Of a DNA stretch of 64,000 nt, positions 30,364-39,730 are shown piece after piece. The number at the start of each line of letters is the position of its first letter. Positions within the stretch are counted from its first letter, which is position 1. Both the position numbers and the translations under genes were made by a program. Under the pieces are notes generated by a model. It ran no database searches. It saw only the letters and a list, made by a program, of their open reading frames with translations, and was not told the DNA's origin. This DNA is from a virus: positions 1 to 64,000 of IMG/VR virus record IMGVR_UViG_3300025312_000002; one strand, 5' to 3'.

Positions 30364-30552
30364 TCATAATTTCAAATCCCAATCCTTTCGATATTTTAAC
30401 TCTTTGTCAACAAGAGGAACTAAATCTTTAAACTTTTTACTGAACCAACCTTGTTCTAAAAGCCAGTTCAAATAAGAATCAGGAATGTCAGCAATTAAAG
30501 TTCCTTTCCACTGCCCGAAAGGAACTACTCGATCAACATATTCATCTTTCAT
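30364..30552 (-). CDS. Small PFG.W/YKG-domain protein (DUF3820-like)
   Basis: PFGQWKG..I.DIP..YL.WL motif. Confidence 0.65.
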   Translation of the reverse strand: MKDEYVDRVVPFGQWKGTLIADIPDSYLNWLLEQGWFSKKFKDLVPLVDKELKYRKDWDLKL

Positions 30553-30597
30553 AAAAACACTATAACATCCTTTTCTAAAAATTAGAAAATCCGTTTG

Positions 30598-30726
30598 TCA
30601 GTCAAATAAGGTCTTGCTTCTGATTAATTCTTTTTTCACTTTTTGGGTTGGAGTAATATTAAGATAATCATAATCTTCATCATCTACTAAAGCATATTGA
30701 TTTTGAGTTAATTTAATTTGTTTCAT
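30598..30726 (-). pseudogene. Truncated HNH-AP2 endonuclease remnant (42 aa)
   Basis: MKQIKLTQNQYALVDDEDYDYLN matches the N-terminus of the 35525-36004 HNH (MKLIPLTQGVFAQVDDEDFEYLN), then diverges and stops. Confidence 0.6.
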
Positions 30727-30728
30727 AG

Positions 30729-31655
30729 TCAAAACAACCTCCTTGTTTTGTTATAATATGCCCAAGGGTACTCCGGAATTTGCTTTTCCATATCAAGAAA
30801 GAAATAAAGATTGGCATCATCCCGTTTCCGATAATCATTACAAACACCTGCTTCTATAATAATCTCAACTTCATCTTTCTTTTTAAAATCAAGCCATTTT
30901 TCATTTTCTTGCAGTTTATAACCTTTTTCTACTTTTTTGTATTCAGAAATTCCAAGAGACAGCCCTCTCATTTCAAAATAGGAAACAAGTTCTTTCTTCT
31001 GAAGTGCTGTTACGTTATCAATATGAGTTCCAGGAATATTGATATGCCAGTTCCTCCAAGATGTTTTGATTAAATAAGGAGGTATTGAGTAATCATATTT
31101 TCCTTTTGTTTTTCTCGGAACAATAATTCCTCCATATTTCCCATAAATGACCCAGCTTGCGCTGTCGATACTCCACCATGGGTATTTAACAATCAATTCA
31201 GGCGCTCCAATTGCAAAGCCATGAACTTTAACTCTAGGAAGTCGATCAGGAGTGTCACAGATAATATTGAAAATAGGATCACCCATAGTTTTAATCCAAG
31301 TCTTCTTTCCTACAGTTTGTCCAATTCCTCCTATTCCGATATAATCATAATTATCAATGTATTTATATAGCCATTTAAAATCTTCATAAGAATGAAAGAC
31401 AGGAAGAGGATGAAGCTTATGCGTGTTTTCTAAATACTTTTGTACTTTCCACGTCAATTCGGAGTTAAATATTACATCTATGTTGATATATGTTGTGACT
31501 GTGTCTTTGTGCAGCTTGATAAATTCTGCATACTCATCAACATATTTCCAGAAGGCATCAGTTTCATAAAAACTAAAGTCATTCTTATAAGCTGTTTTTG
31601 TGAACTCCTTGTAAAGACTATGTGCTCCACTGTCTAACATAATCATATTGTCCAA
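30729..31655 (-). CDS. dpdA: DpdA-like 7-deazaguanine DNA transglycosylase (TGT fold)
   Basis: LDSGA.S, N.DVI, PVFH, IG.GG, VHGFA, YPW.S.DS.SW motifs; folE/queD/queE nearby. Confidence 0.85.
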   Translation of the reverse strand: MDNMIMLDSGAHSLYKEFTKTAYKNDFSFYETDAFWKYVDEYAEFIKLHKDTVTTYINIDVIFNSELTWKVQKYLENTHKLHPLPVFHSYEDFKWLYKYIDNYDYIGIGGIGQTVGKKTWIKTMGDPIFNIICDTPDRLPRVKVHGFAIGAPELIVKYPWWSIDSASWVIYGKYGGIIVPRKTKGKYDYSIPPYLIKTSWRNWHINIPGTHIDNVTALQKKELVSYFEMRGLSLGISEYKKVEKGYKLQENEKWLDFKKKDEVEIIIEAGVCNDYRKRDDANLYFFLDMEKQIPEYPWAYYNKTRRLF

Positions 31656-32293
31656 AGCCCTTCGTCAGCAAATTGTAACCCATCACAATTCTTACATAGA
31701 TCATAATTACCTTTAGGAGCAACCCCTTCCCAAATAGTGCCTATTATTTCTTTCCCATCATAATCGCAGCAACAAGGAACAATATCTCCGTTCCAAAGCA
31801 CACATACATAATTATACTTTTTGAAATAACAGGTTCCAGATACTTCAGATTTGCCTTCAATAGCTCCTGCAAAGTTTATAAAAGGTTTACTGCCTTTATC
31901 TACACTGTGATAGCGAAATTTTACGTTCTCAATTTCACATATTGCTGAATAGGTTTTTATGATGTTCTCTGTTTCAAACGAGTCTGTAGCTAATTGGACA
32001 AGGTAAGGGTGAGCTAAGATAGCTTTAGTTAGTGCTGAAAGGTTTGACCCGTTTGTAGAAAACCCTACCTTTTTATTGCTCCTGTTTGCTAGCCGAATAA
32101 AATCAGGAAGCAACGAATTCAGAGTAGGTTCTCCAAAATGATGTAAGGCAAAATAATCATTGTCCATGACTTTCAAAACCTGAAGAAAAGTTTTATGGGG
32201 CATATTGCCTTGTTTTCTTGTCATCTTACTGTGTGGGCAATAAGAACAAGCGGCATTGCAGTGAGCTGATGTTTCTACTTGATATATGTTCAA
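31643..32293 (-). CDS. Radical SAM enzyme with SPASM/twitch-type Cys cluster
   Basis: CNAACSYC, GEPTL, STNG, C...WNG.IVPCC.D...C..C. Confidence 0.85.
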   Translation of the reverse strand: MNIYQVETSAHCNAACSYCPHSKMTRKQGNMPHKTFLQVLKVMDNDYFALHHFGEPTLNSLLPDFIRLANRSNKKVGFSTNGSNLSALTKAILAHPYLVQLATDSFETENIIKTYSAICEIENVKFRYHSVDKGSKPFINFAGAIEGKSEVSGTCYFKKYNYVCVLWNGDIVPCCCDYDGKEIIGTIWEGVAPKGNYDLCKNCDGLQFADEGLWTI

Positions 32294-33294
32294 AATGATT
32301 TTATCTCCTTAATCATTTTTCCAATTGCTGAAGAGCCGATAAGCTCAAGTTTTTTCTTTTGTCTTACTCGTGCTTCTTCAAAAGCAAAAGGAGCTTCCAT
32401 CATTGTAGATAAAAGATGAACACCTTCTTGTTTAGAAGTATATTTAAAAACAGACTCATAGAGTTCAGCATATGCAAGAGCATCAGGAACTAAAACAAGA
32501 CAATCAGCAAAAACAGCTTCAATCATAGCAAACCCGAAGGTTTCCTGCTCTGCAAAGGAAACCGCAATTTTAGATTTTTGGAGCAGATCATAATATTCTC
32601 TTTTATTGTGGCATACTTCTTTTGTTTTGATAAATTTATAATCAGTTCCTTTCATTCGAGAACTCGTTTCAAGTTCATTAAACAAATGAGGGTTCTTTTC
32701 GGAATCAAGTCGATGTGGAAAAACAACAATGTTTTCTTTAGGAGCTGTTCTGTTAGGAACTTCCCAATACACAGGATGTCCTGTTACAATTAATTTCTTC
32801 GGATCACAATCTCTATGCTCAAGTATTAATCTCTTGTGAAACTCAGTAGCAACAAATATTTTATCAAGGATTTTAAACCAGGAATTTTCTAAGTCCTTCC
32901 CCCAATAACCCATTCCTCTTTTGAAAGTAAAATCATAGGGATCATAAGTTCCTGCAAAAATACATCCACATATCTTTACATCTCGATTTAATCCGTCTCT
33001 CATATAAGCTGCTGCTTCAAGTCCTGGATGCCAAATATCGTGGAAGAAAAGAACATCTCCATCAGTAATTTCATCTTTATAGAACATTGATGCAATGACG
33101 GCATTCTGAGTTGCCTTGAAATAATTTGTTGCAGCTACATCTAAAAAACTCCCGCGTTCAATTTTATTTGTAAGTGGAGTTGGATGAATCGTAATAAAAG
33201 GAAAATCATGCTTTGTAAATTCTTCTGGAAACCATGAATTCCACTGTTGGGAATAGCGTTCTTCTAAACTTTCGATCGGGATATTTATAAGCAT
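32290..33294 (-). CDS. GT-B (GT4-like) glycosyltransferase
   Basis: HR...EK.P and ETFG.AM.EA motifs; likely start MLINIPIE. Confidence 0.8.
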   Translation of the reverse strand: MLINIPIESLEERYSQQWNSWFPEEFTKHDFPFITIHPTPLTNKIERGSFLDVAATNYFKATQNAVIASMFYKDEITDGDVLFFHDIWHPGLEAAAYMRDGLNRDVKICGCIFAGTYDPYDFTFKRGMGYWGKDLENSWFKILDKIFVATEFHKRLILEHRDCDPKKLIVTGHPVYWEVPNRTAPKENIVVFPHRLDSEKNPHLFNELETSSRMKGTDYKFIKTKEVCHNKREYYDLLQKSKIAVSFAEQETFGFAMIEAVFADCLVLVPDALAYAELYESVFKYTSKQEGVHLLSTMMEAPFAFEEARVRQKKKLELIGSSAIGKMIKEIKSF

Positions 33295-33295
33295 A

Positions 33296-34207
33296 TTACA
33301 AATCCCATCCTTCTCTGATTTTAAGAACTTTAGGCATCCTTGGCTTATCAATACTTCCGTACTTTTGATACTTGATGGATACAATACGACCAATGAAATC
33401 TTCTTTATGATTCCAAATATCTTGTTTCAGAACATCAGTAAAACCTGAACCTGGGCCTGCTTTGAATGATTCAACAGTAGGCCACATAGGTGATCGACAA
33501 ATAAAATTGCCTAAAGTTCCTTTTGGATGTTTGTTCTCTTGATGGGAAGAACGATGACTTAATCCTCTACTATCAGTAATCTTCTCATTAAGATTTTCCG
33601 TTGCTTCTTCAAAACCAATTATTTCTGCATCACATTCTTCAAAGGGTTTCCGTTTGAAAATATTTTGCTCTCTCAGAGTAGTTCTCCCTTCTTTATATTT
33701 TCCCCATAAAGAACGGATCATAGCTCCTTCGTATCCTTTTTCTACCATTTCTTGCTCAAAAGCTATGACTTCATCAGCATTCTTAAGGAATTTTTGTTCT
33801 AATACAATTATTCTTCCTTCTTCAGTAGGAAGAGATTGTATCCATCTATCATTATAAGATGATCCTCCATACTTCCAATTATCAAAGACAAACAGTTTGA
33901 AGTTAGGTTCTCCGTCAAATCTCCGAATAGGGCCAGATGTTCTATGAAAAACATCATCGTCATCATTTTCTTTATATGGAGCACCGACTACTATCTCCCC
34001 ATCAAGTCCTAAATAGGTAGGATTTTTTAGTGTTTCAGCTACAAAACGATTTGTAAATGGTTTCATGGAAGAAGTTAATCCTCCTCTTTCGTCAACAAGA
34101 CATCTGAATCCATCTAGTTTAGGACTTCCTACAACGGGAAATTTGATTGATTTGAGTTCTGCATCTGTAATTGGATCGGTGGGTGCTTTCATAGGCCGAA
34201 GTAGCAT
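33296..34207 (-). CDS. ATP-dependent DNA ligase
   Basis: KLDGFR, LDGEI, VFD, EGAMIR, K.K motifs. Confidence 0.92.
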   Translation of the reverse strand: MLLRPMKAPTDPITDAELKSIKFPVVGSPKLDGFRCLVDERGGLTSSMKPFTNRFVAETLKNPTYLGLDGEIVVGAPYKENDDDDVFHRTSGPIRRFDGEPNFKLFVFDNWKYGGSSYNDRWIQSLPTEEGRIIVLEQKFLKNADEVIAFEQEMVEKGYEGAMIRSLWGKYKEGRTTLREQNIFKRKPFEECDAEIIGFEEATENLNEKITDSRGLSHRSSHQENKHPKGTLGNFICRSPMWPTVESFKAGPGSGFTDVLKQDIWNHKEDFIGRIVSIKYQKYGSIDKPRMPKVLKIREGWDL

Positions 34208-34238
34208 ACATTTTCCTTTTTCACCTGTAAGATGATTG

Positions 34239-34811
34239 TTATTTTGTCATTTGGATAAGAGCTAAACCTTTTGCTTCAAGTTCCCGACTTGTTCTAAAAA
34301 CTCCCCGTGTTATTGATGTAGTTAATCCTGCATTTAATCCTGTTTTTACTCCTCTGGAAGACATACACGAATGAACAGCTCTCATAACTAACATACAGCC
34401 TTTAGGAGCAATTATTTTTTCAAAGGCATCAACAATCTCAATTCCTAAATTCTCTTGAATTTGAGGCTTGCTGCTGTAAAAATTGATGAGTCTTGCAACC
34501 TTTGAAGCACCTATCAACAGTTTGTTAGGAAGATAAAGAAAATAAGCAAGGCCACTGAAGAAAACTAGATGATGAGAACATAGAGAAGTAAAGGGAATAT
34601 TATCTAGCATTATAATTTCATCATAGTTTTTATCATTTGAGAAGGTTGTAACTTCTTCTTCCGTCGGCTCATCTGCATCAATGTTTTTAGTAAGTTCGAT
34701 CAGCATCTTTGCTACTCGCATTGGGGTTTCTTTTAGATTTGCATCCTCAAGATTTAAACCCAATGCGAGTAAAGCATCACTAATTGATTTTTCAATTAGT
34801 TGTTGTTTCAT
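34239..34811 (-). CDS. folE: GTP cyclohydrolase I
   Basis: ETP.RVA, SLCSHH, G.SK..R, QIQE, H.CM..RG. Confidence 0.95.
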   Translation of the reverse strand: MKQQLIEKSISDALLALGLNLEDANLKETPMRVAKMLIELTKNIDADEPTEEEVTTFSNDKNYDEIIMLDNIPFTSLCSHHLVFFSGLAYFLYLPNKLLIGASKVARLINFYSSKPQIQENLGIEIVDAFEKIIAPKGCMLVMRAVHSCMSSRGVKTGLNAGLTTSITRGVFRTSRELEAKGLALIQMTK

Positions 34812-35476
34812 TACTTCTTACCTTTCGGAGCAGGCTTCGGAGCTAGAGCTGCTTTCTTCTTCATTCCTTCAGGCTCATAATAAAATCTGCCTTCTCTTTG
34901 AACAACCGGAATTTTTTTCAGGTGGATAATAGCATATAAATGAGAATTAGCAGTTCTTCCACTTGCTGCTTCCATCTCGGCTTTTGTTGTTCCTGCATCA
35001 CCTGAATCAATGATTGCCCTATTGATCAGATTTGCTCCTGTTCCGACAACATAACCAAATTCATCCTTTTCAAAAACTCTCGGAGCAGGCACTTTACGTT
35101 CTTTCTTTTCTTTAACAGGAGCTTCTTCTTTTGCTTTAGGAGCAGGCTCAACTTTTTTTGCTTCTTCTTTTGCTTTAGGAGCAGGCTTCTTTGCAGCAGG
35201 AGTCGGAGCTTTCTCTTCAGCAGATTCATCATTAGCTGATTCATCATCAGCAGATTCATCATCAGCAGTAACTTTATTGTAGAAAACAATAACTTCCGAA
35301 GGAAGGTCATTAGCTTTTTCATCAGGAATGCTCTCTACTGTTGAAACAAAAAGGGACAACAAATCTTCTTTCTTTTTACCAATTACAATGATCTTCTTTT
35401 CAGCAAGGCCACTTTCATTAAGAAGTTTGATGGTGCTTCTCACCTCACTCAAATCTACTGTTTCTGCATTTACCAT
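34811..35476 (-). CDS. Hypothetical protein with Lys/Ala/Pro linker and C-terminal putative DNA-binding domain
   Basis: Low-complexity PAPKAKEE repeats; FGYVVGT domain similar to 51584-52210. Confidence 0.65.
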   Translation of the reverse strand: MVNAETVDLSEVRSTIKLLNESGLAEKKIIVIGKKKEDLLSLFVSTVESIPDEKANDLPSEVIVFYNKVTADDESADDESANDESAEEKAPTPAAKKPAPKAKEEAKKVEPAPKAKEEAPVKEKKERKVPAPRVFEKDEFGYVVGTGANLINRAIIDSGDAGTTKAEMEAASGRTANSHLYAIIHLKKIPVVQREGRFYYEPEGMKKKAALAPKPAPKGKK

Positions 35477-35524
35477 TGTTCTTTCCTCCTTAAAATTGTT
35501 AATAAAATTAGATTTCTAGGAAAT

Positions 35525-36004
35525 CTATTGACTGAAATTCAAACAAGCAAATTCACCAAATTCTTTTTTAGCTGCTTCATTATATGCTAAAGCTGCTTCA
35601 ATTTCTGTGGTATAAAGACCCAAATGAATTTTTATTTTATTTATTCTAATTTGGGCTCTCCATTTTTGAGAGAATAAATGCCAAGAAACACCTTTCAAAG
35701 GTGATGTTGCTTTTTTTGTTTTTCTTCTGTTTCCTTGATTTTGCTGATCAGTACAACGCCTTAAATTGTATTTTTGATTATTTAATCCATAATGATCTTT
35801 ATGATCCACTTTTTGATTCCTCGGAGTATTCATAAGAACTCTGTGCATACGAATAGTTGTCCACATTCCTTTTATTTGGATGTTTCTAGAAGCATAGAAT
35901 GTGTATTTTGTTTTAAGAGCAAACCAATTAAACTGATTCAAATATTCAAAATCTTCATCATCGACTTGAGCAAATACTCCTTGTGTTAATGGAATTAGTT
36001 TCAT
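35525..36004 (-). CDS. HNH homing endonuclease with AP2 domain
   Basis: MHR, VDH.D..GLNN...NLR, S..KGV.W, HLG.Y...EAA.AYN. Confidence 0.9.
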   Translation of the reverse strand: MKLIPLTQGVFAQVDDEDFEYLNQFNWFALKTKYTFYASRNIQIKGMWTTIRMHRVLMNTPRNQKVDHKDHYGLNNQKYNLRRCTDQQNQGNRRKTKKATSPLKGVSWHLFSQKWRAQIRINKIKIHLGLYTTEIEAALAYNEAAKKEFGEFACLNFSQ

Positions 36005-36093
36005 TTTTTATTTTCCTGTTTCTTGATTACTTATATCATAGCATAGTCCACTCAAAATTGTAAAGATTTATTTGGGCTTATAATGTATTGAAA

Positions 36094-36759
36094 TCATGTA
36101 GGTTCCGCAATATTCAAAAGCTTATGTAATTGGACATTTAAAATTGCATCATTTAAATTTGCTTCTTTCATCCAATTTAGAAGATCATTAGGCTCTATTT
36201 TTCCAAATACAGGAGAAAATGAAAAATCACAATAACCAAAAGAAGTATATTTTATTTTTTTCATAGCTGTAAGAGCCTCCGCAAAATCATCCTTTGTTTC
36301 TATAACAAACTTTACAGTGTCTTTGGTGCGAAGTTCAGAAAAAGATGCAAGTTTCATCAGAGCAGAAACACTACTACTTTTTAATTTCCAATCTATAACG
36401 TAACGGCTCCTTAAAAAAAGGGCAGGAAAAAGAGTACCGTTTGTTTCAATTACTACTGAATACCCTTGTCCTTCTAGACTCTTTACAAGATTTTCAAGTT
36501 CTTTTCTCTGGAATAATGGTTCTCCCCCTGTTATCGTGATATATTTACAATTCAATAGTTTTACTTTTTTTATAATTGAAGGAAGAGACATACTTTTTCC
36601 TTCTTTTGGATCAAATGCAAAAGGTGTATCACAATAACTACATTTTTTTCCTTCTGAGTAAAGGTTACATCCCTGCATCCGAATAAATGTTGTCATTCTT
36701 CCTTGTCCATTGCTTGATACTTCTCCATTTATTGATTTAAAAATGCTGTTAATTCTCAT
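36094..36759 (-). CDS. queE: 7-carboxy-7-deazaguanine synthase (radical SAM)
   Basis: F.SI.GE, FIR..GCN(L)...CSYCDT, TGGEPL, ETNG, QLHK. Confidence 0.93.
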   Translation of the reverse strand: MRINSIFKSINGEVSSNGQGRMTTFIRMQGCNLYSEGKKCSYCDTPFAFDPKEGKSMSLPSIIKKVKLLNCKYITITGGEPLFQRKELENLVKSLEGQGYSVVIETNGTLFPALFLRSRYVIDWKLKSSSVSALMKLASFSELRTKDTVKFVIETKDDFAEALTAMKKIKYTSFGYCDFSFSPVFGKIEPNDLLNWMKEANLNDAILNVQLHKLLNIAEPT

Positions 36760-36780
36760 TTTCCTACTCCTTTACATATT

Positions 36781-36981
36781 TTATGGTCTTTCTTTTAAAT
36801 CGTAAACTTTATCGTTAAGAACAACTCCTCCGAGTTTAACAGAATCAGACAATCTCTTTTCGATAATAAATCTATTTGCTCCGTATCCTCCAACAAAACA
36901 GCCTAGTAAAAATACAGATAAAAACCAGAAGCATATTTTATGAACTATTTCAGATGTTAGTTTCATGCCGTGTAAATTCAT
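36781..36981 (-). CDS. Small membrane protein
   Basis: One hydrophobic helix; GGAGG RBS. Confidence 0.55.
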   Translation of the reverse strand: MNLHGMKLTSEIVHKICFWFLSVFLLGCFVGGYGANRFIIEKRLSDSVKLGGVVLNDKVYDLKERP

Positions 36982-37463
36982 ATTACCTCCTTTAGTTTTC
37001 TTGTTAAGCTCAAAACTTTTTGAGCTTCTTGTTTTCCTCTTTGGCTAGTTATTGGCCACCCCTTGTAAAGAATTAACGCCAATGTTAAATTTCCTTTGGT
37101 TTGGATCAGTTTGTTTGCCAGGATATGGCTTCCTTCTAATGTATTGGCTGTCAATGATTCGAGTCTTGCCGGTATCTGCATCAATCCCCGATAATTCTTG
37201 CTGCTTATTGCTTTGGGTTGGAATCCTGATTCCGAGTGCATTAATGCTAGGATAAGTTCTTTTGAAATTCCTGTCTGAGTTGCTGAGATTGATACAGCTT
37301 TTGCTATCCGCTCTCCTGGATCGGGCAATCCCGCTTTGATTGCTGCTAGTCTCAATGTTTCTGTTGTTTTCACAGCCATCATTACTGGTGTTATTGCCAC
37401 ACTCATTATGTGTGTTTGATAGAGTAGGGCTGTTAATAGAATTATTACCAAAATGGGTTTCAT
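36978..37463 (-). CDS. Soluble lytic transglycosylase (SLT) domain protein with N-terminal anchor
   Basis: ALMHSESGF...A.S...GLMQI...AL..Y motifs. Confidence 0.85.
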   Translation of the reverse strand: MKPILVIILLTALLYQTHIMSVAITPVMMAVKTTETLRLAAIKAGLPDPGERIAKAVSISATQTGISKELILALMHSESGFQPKAISSKNYRGLMQIPARLESLTANTLEGSHILANKLIQTKGNLTLALILYKGWPITSQRGKQEAQKVLSLTRKLKEVI

Positions 37464-37585
37464 CTATTCCCTCCTTACGATTTAGAATTTTGCCTAGAAA
37501 TAAATTAGTTTTATTCCCACAGAAAGGGCAGTATCTTGTTTGAGAATAATCAAAAACTTCTGAACAACCGGGGCATAAAAAAGTA

Positions 37586-37963
37586 TTAGCTAATTTCATT
37601 ATTTCTCCACTCAGCATAAGAATCTTCTGTTTCCCAAAGCTTAACATTCACTAGTATTATTTTGTGTTTTATACATTCCGCATATAAATTATGTACAATG
37701 AATAAAAGCATTTCTTCTGCTGTGGGATTGTCAAAAAAAGCATTTAAGTCACTATGATCTAATTTACCAACTATACCCGCTACAATTTTTTTAAGATCAA
37801 CAAAATCAATGATCATTCCTTGTTTATGTCCTTCTTTAATAATATTTCCTGTTACAGACACATCAAGAAAAAAACGATGTCCATGTGGTCTAAAACATTT
37901 TCCTTCATAATAAGGAAGATGATGGGCAGCATCAAACTTAAATCTTTTTGTTACTGAAAGCAT
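37586..37963 (-). CDS. queD: 6-carboxytetrahydropterin synthase
   Basis: FDAAH.L, C...HGH, DF..LK, LDH..LN, PTAE, WET; start at MLSV. Confidence 0.93.
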   Translation of the reverse strand: MLSVTKRFKFDAAHHLPYYEGKCFRPHGHRFFLDVSVTGNIIKEGHKQGMIIDFVDLKKIVAGIVGKLDHSDLNAFFDNPTAEEMLLFIVHNLYAECIKHKIILVNVKLWETEDSYAEWRNNEIS

Positions 37964-38096
37964 AGTTTTCTCCTTTTTCCCTAAAAACAGAAATTCTTTT
38001 TGTGAAGCATTTTGGACAAAGAAAATTCTCTTCCGCTTGTTCATACTCTTTTTCAGTTATTTCGTAACTACAGTTTGGACAAAGATGAACTGACAT
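37938..38096 (-). CDS. Small rubredoxin/Zn-ribbon-like protein (52 aa, not in ORF track)
   Basis: Translated by hand: MSVHLCPNC...FLCPKC; AAGGAG RBS after promoter. Confidence 0.55.
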   Translation of the reverse strand: MSVHLCPNCSYEITEKEYEQAEENFLCPKCFTKRISVFREKGENYAFSNKKI

Positions 38097-38102
38097 ATTG
38101 CT

Positions 38103-38146
38103 CTCCTTTTATTTTTAATATAACACATTTTCCTAAAAACTGTAAA
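38103..38146 (-). promoter_or_regulatory. Leftward promoter + RBS, copy 2 of the 44-bp duplication
   Basis: Identical to 24808-24851; heads the queD-SLT-queE block. Confidence 0.7.
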
Positions 38147-38176
38147 TTAACCCATTAAAGTTTTCTTACACTTTCA

Positions 38177-39715
38177 CTATCTCCCCCCCTTTGCTTTTAC
38201 AATTTCTGAATCTAACACAGATTGCCCAATGCTTAAATTTTGTAACACATAACAAGTTTCCAGTTCATTAAAATCATTGTGTCTATCAGCAAGTTTGTTC
38301 CATCTCAACAAACCCCTTACTTTTTCATCCTTCTTTTGATTCAAAGCAAAAGATTTATCCACATGTCCTTCTTGTCCAACCCATCCTGCTAATCCTCCTT
38401 CTTCAATATTCCCTTTTGATAATTCTCCTCTATTAATCTGGGAACCTGTAATTATTAAAGCATGACGTTCCTCTCCTAATCCAGCAACTTCTTTCCACAT
38501 ATTATCAAGGGCTAGATAGTCCTGGGAATACTTCTTATCAGGCTTAATTATTCCTAAATAATCAATTGTTATTATATCTGGAACATACCCTTCAGAATAT
38601 TCTAATAAATCAAGGTCACGTTTTATGTCTGAAATTGTTGCTGAGAATCTTGGGTAGGAAATAGCTCTGTAATTATCTCCCCGCATTTCTCTAAAGCCCT
38701 CTATAGCTTTTAAAACATTCTGCTCAGTAAATTTTTCTTTTACAACAGTCTCCCACCAGGTTGTAAGTTCATAGTTACCAGGTTGCTCATAATCTTTCAA
38801 ATTTCTACACGCTGTACAAGGCTTATAAATTGATGTCGGATTGTATGCTGTTCCAACTAAAGCATGAAAATTAGTTCTTATTTGAAGATCACAAGTTCCT
38901 TCCTGATTCGCTTGACAATCAAAACAAGGAATCACAGTATCCCCCCCATCGTCTGAGAAGGCCGTTATTCGTTTATATAGTCTTTTATTAACATTCGTAG
39001 CATTCATTTCTAAAGAGACAGCAGCGACCTTTATATTCGATGTAGAGGTTGCTTGCTGAATAGCTCCCCTAAAAGCAAGTTCCATCATACCCCAGCTTTT
39101 GCCTCTTTTAAATCCTCCTATAATAGAAATGAGCCATCCTCTCTCAAGAGGGCCTATAAATTCTCCTAATCTGCCCGGCATCTGTAAAACCACATCTGAT
39201 GATGTATCAAATGCTCTTTTTACAGTTTCAGGTGTATATGGATCAATCCACATAGAAACTTGTTTTGCTACTTTTTTGAAATTTACAATCTCTGCTTCAG
39301 CCTCATCAATTTTCCCGTTAAGCAGGAATTTGCCCATTCGATCATTTACAATTTCCAGTTCTCTTTTCTTGAAAAAACTAATAACCTTATCAATAAAATA
39401 CTCTTCATTAATTTCTTGCTCTTCTGTGTACTGTTTGGACAGCTTGGACAAATATACTTCAATTATTTTTTCGTCTGCTTCTTCAATTCCTGCTCGTTCA
39501 ATTTCAAAAACATCTTTGATGTGGAATTTAGGAGCTTCTTCATATCCTTCATAATACTCTATAACCCAATTACAAATAATCTTTGCAAAGGAGTTAGTCA
39601 TATATTCGGGTTTATATAATGGAACTATATCTTTTAAGAACCTTGTTGACATAATCATGCCTATTATGACTTTGTCTTCTAATGATTTTTCCACTGTTTT
39701 TCTAGCAATAACCAT
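38177..39715 (-). CDS. Replicative helicase (DnaB/gp41-like) with inserted Cys4 domain
   Basis: GGFKRGKS Walker A, SLEM, IDYL, SQ.NR; CFDC...CTAC insertion. Confidence 0.85.
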   Translation of the reverse strand: MVIARKTVEKSLEDKVIIGMIMSTRFLKDIVPLYKPEYMTNSFAKIICNWVIEYYEGYEEAPKFHIKDVFEIERAGIEEADEKIIEVYLSKLSKQYTEEQEINEEYFIDKVISFFKKRELEIVNDRMGKFLLNGKIDEAEAEIVNFKKVAKQVSMWIDPYTPETVKRAFDTSSDVVLQMPGRLGEFIGPLERGWLISIIGGFKRGKSWGMMELAFRGAIQQATSTSNIKVAAVSLEMNATNVNKRLYKRITAFSDDGGDTVIPCFDCQANQEGTCDLQIRTNFHALVGTAYNPTSIYKPCTACRNLKDYEQPGNYELTTWWETVVKEKFTEQNVLKAIEGFREMRGDNYRAISYPRFSATISDIKRDLDLLEYSEGYVPDIITIDYLGIIKPDKKYSQDYLALDNMWKEVAGLGEERHALIITGSQINRGELSKGNIEEGGLAGWVGQEGHVDKSFALNQKKDEKVRGLLRWNKLADRHNDFNELETCYVLQNLSIGQSVLDSEIVKAKGGR

Positions 39716-39730
39716 TCAAAAACCTCCTGA

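Noticed and set aside
37045-37647. 200-aa ORF overlapping the SLT gene as a genuine overprinted gene
   Set aside because: Only the N-terminal CPGC..CPFC Zn ribbon (start ~37599) looks real; the rest appears to be run-on in an alternative frame
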